DNA of 60,472 nucleotides, from assembly GCA_001563915.1 (NCBI GenBank), contig LKMP01000004.1:1-60472 (forward strand), given 5' to 3'. Shown here piece after piece: positions 55,291 through 60,472 of the stretch. This DNA is from Nanohaloarchaea archaeon B1-Br10_U2g21 (GTDB taxonomy: Archaea > Nanohalarchaeota > Nanosalinia > Nanosalinales > Nanosalinaceae). The position numbers and the translations under genes are program-made. The stretch's first letter is position 1, and every line of letters begins with the position of its first letter. The notes beneath the pieces are model-generated. The model was not told the origin of the DNA. It made no database searches and worked only from the letters and a program-made list of their open reading frames with translations.

Positions 55291-58101
55291 TTATTCAGTT
55301 GGGCATCCGTCTCCAGACCACCAGCCTAGTAAGGGTAGGCCATCATCACGAGCTTCATTTCCGGATACGGTTTCTGGAGTGAATATAATCACATCATTTC
55401 TTTCGCCGGGTCCGTCTCCTACATAGAAATTGAACCAGTCTTCTGGTTCATTATCGTCACAGAATTCAGCTCTAACATTTTCAAATTCTACCCCGTCATC
55501 AGTTAGAATTAGTGCTGTTCCTTCCGGATTTTCCACTGTATCAGGGTCTACTCCTGCTGCGACTTCTTCAGGATTAACATTTATTGAGTCAAGATTATTA
55601 TAATAATTATTATCTGCGTTTTCTTTGATTTCATCTACTAAATTGCTCAATCGATAGGCTTGTTCATTATTATCAATTTGTCCATCATCAAATGCATTAT
55701 GGCTATCATCGCTCATTATTTGAGGATTTCTCCATGCTTCTTCGCGATCTCCTTCGATAACGGTGCATCCTCTAGAGGCGTCCATACTCCATGAAGAATC
55801 GCAAGTACTCTTAAACATTGGATCTCCATCTTCATCACCATCAATTTGTTCTTCTTGGTCTTCTGTTACTATTAATGGACAATTGAATTCGCTGCGAGCA
55901 CAATCTAGCCTCTCTGTATCAAAACTTTCTCCTCTACTTGAAAGAGTTACAGTATAATTAGCGTCTACGCGCAAGTTTATTGTTTCTCCAGAAGGACTTA
56001 TAGATTCTGGCTCTTCTATCATCATGTCGCACTCAATAGGAGATGGCCCTAAGTCTCTAGTGTATTCTCTATCGGTATCCAGGCGATCTGCTTCATCTTC
56101 TTCAAGTTCATAAGTATTACTTTCTGTATCAAGTGTTAAAGCATCACAGTTAGCATTACCAGCTTCAGAATCCCATCGCTCAGTATTATCTGCGTCAGCT
56201 AAAAGAGAAGAACTTTCTATGACTAAATCTTCAGGTATAACTTGATATCCGACATTGAAGTCTTCCGTTTCAAATCCTATTGATACTGGGAAGATATCAG
56301 GTCTTCTGCTACCATCACTAAACTCTCTATATACTACAGGAGAACGAGTATTTATGAACGTCTTAACAGGAGTATTAGCAGTCTGTGAGCTAGCTGGATC
56401 AGGCCTCATACCTTGATCAAGCATGTGATCTTCCGACATGGCTTGTATTTGGAGTGTCGATTGCGAAGAATAATTATATCTTACTTCAAGTTCAGCGTCA
56501 CTACTTGAGCCTAGCGCAGGCTGCATAAGGCCACAATCTCCTAGATTAAGATCCTCCATGCCTCCAATAGGTTGTGCGAAGTCTCCTGCTAAAATAGTGC
56601 CTCTTGTGTTTTCAGAGCCATCTTCGTCAGAATCAATGCCGGATTCTACTGCAAATTCTCCCCCTAGTGAAGTCCAATCTGTTTGACATTCAGTTCGTTC
56701 ACTATCAATAGTTATGCGATATTCAACGCCATGAGCATCTATTCCTTTAAGACCTCTAATCGGATTGTATACGCTGAAGCCTGCGCGTAAATCGTCATCA
56801 GGAGATCTTCCGCTTACATCTAGGTTGTGTCCATCATTTACATGGAAATTTTCTATTTGTAATCCAAAAGATTGGCCTTCAGATTCAGAGCCAGGTCTTT
56901 GACTATTATTCATTTGATATTCTCTGAGGCAAGCTGGTCCTTCAAGAGCACATGATACTCGCGCTCCTGCTAGTCTTAATGCATTTCGCTCTGCAGTGAA
57001 ATCATAATGAGGTGTGGCAGCGCTAGCTTCAGAGCCAACCCAGCCTCCATAATCTGATGCTAAGTCTCCTGCTCCAGCTATAGGGGCAAAGAGTCCCAAA
57101 AGTCCGGGCAGGTAAAGTTGGACTATAAAATAGGAGAAGCTTATGAATAGCCCTGCTATCAGCAACCAAACTATAACTAGCAAAATCATTCCTATTATAA
57201 GGGCTAATATGACCACTCCTCCTGGGACTCCGGCTATTCCGCTTGCTAATACAGCTCCTACTCCGGGTATCCTGGATATAAGCTTTAGGATGTTTAAAAC
57301 TCCTGGGATTCTGGCTGCTTTCACGTCCGCTGATCTCAGTGAAGTGGCCGCAGTTTTTCCAGCCTTTTTCCCGGTTTTAATGGCTGCTTTTCCGGCCTCG
57401 CTTTCACCAGCTTTTTTTAGAGAATTATAAGTTTTTACCCCTTTTCTGCCTGTTTTAAGCCCTGAAGCAGCCATATTAACAGCATTAGGACCTTCTTCTA
57501 GCTCACGTTCTTGTTCGTCTTCCTGATTTTCTGTTCCTTCGTCTCCAGAATTTCCGAATACTTTAGCTGCGAGTCCACTGACTAATACTGTTAGAATAAC
57601 AGGTATCAAAACTATAATGAAGCCTATGAAGGTTGCTTGGGATAGAAATGTGAAAAGATCTGTTATGTCAGAAGGTCCTAAAAACCAAAAAGAAATTATT
57701 AGAAAAACTAGAAAAACTGCAATATATGGCTTTTTGAAACCTTCTTCGTTTCTAAGATTTTTTTCAGCGTTTTGGAAAAAACTAAAAGTAAATTTGCTGC
57801 TTTGTCCAACAGCATATAGTGGTAAAACTATGAAAAACCATGCAAGAAACCTAAATATGATGTAGGGCACCATCACTCCAATTATCAGACCTGGCTTGAT
57901 CACAATATTCCATAGGAGGAAGTATAATATCAGACCAGGTATTCCAGTAAACCATACAAATGCAAATGATAGTATTAGAGCTGCTAAAAAACCGATACTG
58001 CTCCCTAAGATAGTGTTTGCTAGGAAAAATAGTAGTAAGAAGCCCATAAACCAGTAGCCTAGTACGAAAAATATTATCTTTTTAAGGCCCCATTTAATCA
58101 T
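55291..58101 (-). CDS. Large polytopic membrane protein with extracellular family-B domain
   Basis: Hydrophobic N-terminal third; K/A/G-rich loop; YNYSSQS...NTPVK and DANYTV; many Cys. Confidence 0.82.
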   Translation of the reverse strand: MIKWGLKKIIFFVLGYWFMGFLLLFFLANTILGSSIGFLAALILSFAFVWFTGIPGLILYFLLWNIVIKPGLIIGVMVPYIIFRFLAWFFIVLPLYAVGQSSKFTFSFFQNAEKNLRNEEGFKKPYIAVFLVFLIISFWFLGPSDITDLFTFLSQATFIGFIIVLIPVILTVLVSGLAAKVFGNSGDEGTENQEDEQERELEEGPNAVNMAASGLKTGRKGVKTYNSLKKAGESEAGKAAIKTGKKAGKTAATSLRSADVKAARIPGVLNILKLISRIPGVGAVLASGIAGVPGGVVILALIIGMILLVIVWLLIAGLFISFSYFIVQLYLPGLLGLFAPIAGAGDLASDYGGWVGSEASAATPHYDFTAERNALRLAGARVSCALEGPACLREYQMNNSQRPGSESEGQSFGLQIENFHVNDGHNLDVSGRSPDDDLRAGFSVYNPIRGLKGIDAHGVEYRITIDSERTECQTDWTSLGGEFAVESGIDSDEDGSENTRGTILAGDFAQPIGGMEDLNLGDCGLMQPALGSSSDAELEVRYNYSSQSTLQIQAMSEDHMLDQGMRPDPASSQTANTPVKTFINTRSPVVYREFSDGSRRPDIFPVSIGFETEDFNVGYQVIPEDLVIESSSLLADADNTERWDSEAGNANCDALTLDTESNTYELEEDEADRLDTDREYTRDLGPSPIECDMMIEEPESISPSGETINLRVDANYTVTLSSRGESFDTERLDCARSEFNCPLIVTEDQEEQIDGDEDGDPMFKSTCDSSWSMDASRGCTVIEGDREEAWRNPQIMSDDSHNAFDDGQIDNNEQAYRLSNLVDEIKENADNNYYNNLDSINVNPEEVAAGVDPDTVENPEGTALILTDDGVEFENVRAEFCDDNEPEDWFNFYVGDGPGERNDVIIFTPETVSGNEARDDGLPLLGWWSGDGCPTE

Positions 58102-58111
58102 TTTTTATCAC

Positions 58112-59254
58112 TTATTCTGATGTTTGTCTGCTGATTAGCTGGAGTTTTTCCATTCTGAATGAGCCTTCGCTAGAGAGAGTAAGTATGTTTTCTTCTTCAA
58201 GCACGCCTTCATCTAGCTCTATAGTGTTCTCGCCGTTTGAGGGTTGTAGTTCATATGTTTCGTCGTTTAAGTCTATTTGAAGTTCATTCGGATTATTCAA
58301 ATTCATATAATCGAACTCGAGCGATTCTTCTGTATTTTCTTGATTCACAAAGTCTAGTTCTGATGAGCTGAGCTCTATTTCTTCAGTATGGGTTCCAGTT
58401 TCTCCTGTTATACCGTAGCGTACTTGGGCGTTAACATTCTCTAGCTCATATAGTGATTGTCCAGAGGTGTCAAAATTTAAAGTGTTGTGACCAGTTGTTA
58501 AATCCGCATTTTCAGGAGTGAGAGTAATATTATACTCGCCCTGTCCTACTGTTTCAGAAAACACTTCATTATCATTTACTCTGACTTCTAGAGGCTCTTC
58601 AGGAATTGATGCATCCACAGGTATTCCAAAAGTAAGATCTACTGCTCTAAAGTTCTCAAGTTCATGAGTATACATCTGTAATGATTCGGTTCGGTCATGG
58701 AAAGTTCTATCATTTATTTCTGCAGAAATATCTTCTAATCCGTAACCTGTGGCTCCTAAGAGACTTCCACGAGTAGTACCTATTTCAAAGGTGTTTTCTC
58801 CAACTCGGAGATTTTCCTCAGGTATTTCTACGCTAGCTCCATCCCCAGTAAAGTCAGAAACCATTGGTTCCTCAAAAATTCTATCGCCATTTACTTCGAC
58901 ATAAACTGCGCCTGAACCTTCGCGCCCTATAACTCTAAAGTTTAGCTCTCCATCTTGCGGCTGAGAGGCTTCATATTCGAAATTAACACTTTGGCTGCTA
59001 AATAGTCCTCTATAAAGTTCTGCGGAGTTGCTTCTGTAGGCTTGTACTTCTCCAGGGCCTTCGCCTACTGTAAAGCTGCCGAACTGGGAAGTTCTAAAGT
59101 CTTCGGTAACATCGCCTATAGTCCCTATATTTTTGTCGAGAAATATTTTTTCTTCAGGTTGATCTTCGGGTCCTATATCAGCCTCCATTGCGACGTATAT
59201 TAGTCCAAATACGGTTAGGCCTGCTACAAGTACTACTAGGAAGCTTTCAGACAT
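58112..59254 (-). CDS. Membrane-anchored protein with repeated beta-sandwich modules
   Basis: N-terminal TM; three repeats of V-x-(V/L)-N-(G/D)...L-x-x-(G/E)-x-N-x-(F/L). Confidence 0.78.
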   Translation of the reverse strand: MSESFLVVLVAGLTVFGLIYVAMEADIGPEDQPEEKIFLDKNIGTIGDVTEDFRTSQFGSFTVGEGPGEVQAYRSNSAELYRGLFSSQSVNFEYEASQPQDGELNFRVIGREGSGAVYVEVNGDRIFEEPMVSDFTGDGASVEIPEENLRVGENTFEIGTTRGSLLGATGYGLEDISAEINDRTFHDRTESLQMYTHELENFRAVDLTFGIPVDASIPEEPLEVRVNDNEVFSETVGQGEYNITLTPENADLTTGHNTLNFDTSGQSLYELENVNAQVRYGITGETGTHTEEIELSSSELDFVNQENTEESLEFDYMNLNNPNELQIDLNDETYELQPSNGENTIELDEGVLEEENILTLSSEGSFRMEKLQLISRQTSE

Positions 59255-59325
59255 TCAATTCTTACCTCTATATTGTTCACTATGTTTTCCACGTTTTTAT
59301 TTGTAAGAGGCCTTTAACATATTTC

Positions 59326-60303
59326 ATGAAGCTTCTAAACTGCGATCGATCTGAAGGGTATGCAAAGATAGTAGTTGAGAATCAGGATGACCTATGGTAT
59401 CTTAGCAGAGTCTTCAGGAGTCCTCAAAGAGTAAGGAAAAGAACGCAGAGGACTGTTTTAGAGGGTAGAGAGAAGAAGAGTTGTGTTCTTACTATTGAGG
59501 TTGAGAAAACTGAGTTACAGGATGATAGACTCAGGTTGACAGGAGAGATTGTTGAAGGCGCCGAAGATATAGAGTTAGGATATCACAGCTTTAATATTGA
59601 ATCTGATGAAAATTTGGAGGTATGGGGGTTGAGAGATCAGGATTGGGAGTTGCTTGAAGAGGCAGAATCGAGCGAAAATTATGAGGTATTATTTTGTCTC
59701 TTACAGAGCGGTACTGCAGATTTCTACAAAGTTAAAGAGTCAGGTATAGAGGATATGTCCTCAGTGAACGAAAATATTCCTGGTAAGATGTATGCTGATC
59801 AAGAGTCATCCACTTTTTTGAAAGATGTTAAATCCGTTATAGATAGGACAAGAGATCATTATGATGCTGTTATTCTAGCAGGTCCAGGTTTTGAAAAGAA
59901 GACACTCTTTGATCTATTTGATAATACTGAGCAAGTATTCACTCAAGATACTTCTGTTGTAGGCCAGACAGGTTTGAATGAAGCGATTAAAAGGGGTGCC
60001 CTGAAGAAGGTAGTTGAGGAGTCACGGATTGATGAAGAGTCAGAGATTATGGAGAACTTTTTTGATGAAATGAATACTGAAGGAGCAGTAAGTTATGGAG
60101 ATCCAGTGCGAGACCTAGTTGAGCAAGGAGCAGTTGAAAAACTTGTTTTGACTCCGGAACTATATCGAGAAGAAAGAGAACTTGTAGAAAAAACAGGGCA
60201 TACTGGGGGAGAAGTTCAGGTAGTGCATACTGATCATGAAGCAGGAGAGAGATTAGAAAATCTCGGGGGTATTGCGGCTTTCTTAAGATACAAGCCGAGT
60301 TAA
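59326..60303 (+). CDS. pelA: mRNA surveillance protein pelota
   Basis: DDLWYL, LRLTGEI, GYHS, AGPGFEK and LGGIAAFLRY; ATG at 59326. Confidence 0.95.
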   Translation: MKLLNCDRSEGYAKIVVENQDDLWYLSRVFRSPQRVRKRTQRTVLEGREKKSCVLTIEVEKTELQDDRLRLTGEIVEGAEDIELGYHSFNIESDENLEVWGLRDQDWELLEEAESSENYEVLFCLLQSGTADFYKVKESGIEDMSSVNENIPGKMYADQESSTFLKDVKSVIDRTRDHYDAVILAGPGFEKKTLFDLFDNTEQVFTQDTSVVGQTGLNEAIKRGALKKVVEESRIDEESEIMENFFDEMNTEGAVSYGDPVRDLVEQGAVEKLVLTPELYREERELVEKTGHTGGEVQVVHTDHEAGERLENLGGIAAFLRYKPS

Positions 60304-60472
60304 GGCCTATTTTGAAGTGTCAAATTGAATGTCTGTTTTTCTCCGTCTCTAATAGCTTCTAATTCTATTTCGTCGCCTACATCAGTGTTGAGTGCTAAGT
60401 ATTCGAGTATATCATCTATGCCTCTTGTATTTTCTCCATTTATTCCTGTGATTACGTCGCCCCCTACAAGCA
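60300..60472 (-). CDS. C-terminal PDZ domain of an HtrA/DegP-like protease (partial, runs off the window)
   Basis: Hand translation ...GGDVITGINGE...VGDEIELEAIRDGEKQTFNLTLQNRP*. Confidence 0.75.
   Translation of the reverse strand, partial: LVGGDVITGINGENTRGIDDILEYLALNTDVGDEIELEAIRDGEKQTFNLTLQNRP

Noticed and set aside
270-57865. Many 60-175 aa opposite-strand ORFs in the track (for example 26299+, 35146+, 40308-, 25778-)
   Set aside because: Antisense shadows of well-supported genes; Ser/Phe/Leu-rich composition is expected from reversed acidic codons.
1-60472. CRISPR array, transposase, integrase or provirus
   Set aside because: No regularly spaced direct repeats or recognisable recombinase/capsid ORFs; no tRNA 3'-end duplication noticed.

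Overview
Gene-dense, low-GC archaeal DNA encoding a strongly acidic proteome. The combination points to a DPANN nanohaloarchaeon (Nanohaloarchaeota); this is inferred from composition and gene content, not from a search. Housekeeping genes: intron-containing tRNA-Asn, tRNA-Arg, top6A/B, KH/Dim2, RIO1, aIF-1A, NMD3, aEF-1B, FEN1, gpmI, Alba, Dph5, Trm5, an EndoQ-like PHP protein, pelota and the end of an HtrA-like protease. Accessory blocks: (1) 13.7-24.9 kb, a type IV pilus locus with ATPase, TadC-like platform and about 13 pilin-like genes, two missing from the ORF track and one carrying a glycine-zipper hairpin. (2) 25-35.5 kb, an adjoining uncharacterised cluster of four paralogous membrane proteins, small membrane proteins with Gly/Met/Phe tails and a duplicated helical domain, interrupted by an Asn-synthetase-like enzyme and a RimK-type ATP-grasp ligase. 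(3) 37.6-45.7 kb, orphan acidic proteins, twin-arginine-like motifs, a second ATP-grasp ligase with a probable ATA start and a divergent EF-1alpha paralog. (4) 45.7-59.3 kb, Ig-like surface proteins and a four-member paralogous lipoprotein/membrane family. The best candidate for an undescribed system is blocks 1+2, possibly with block 4, as a pilus-coupled host-contact or membrane-channel apparatus. All functional interpretations of orphan genes are hypotheses.
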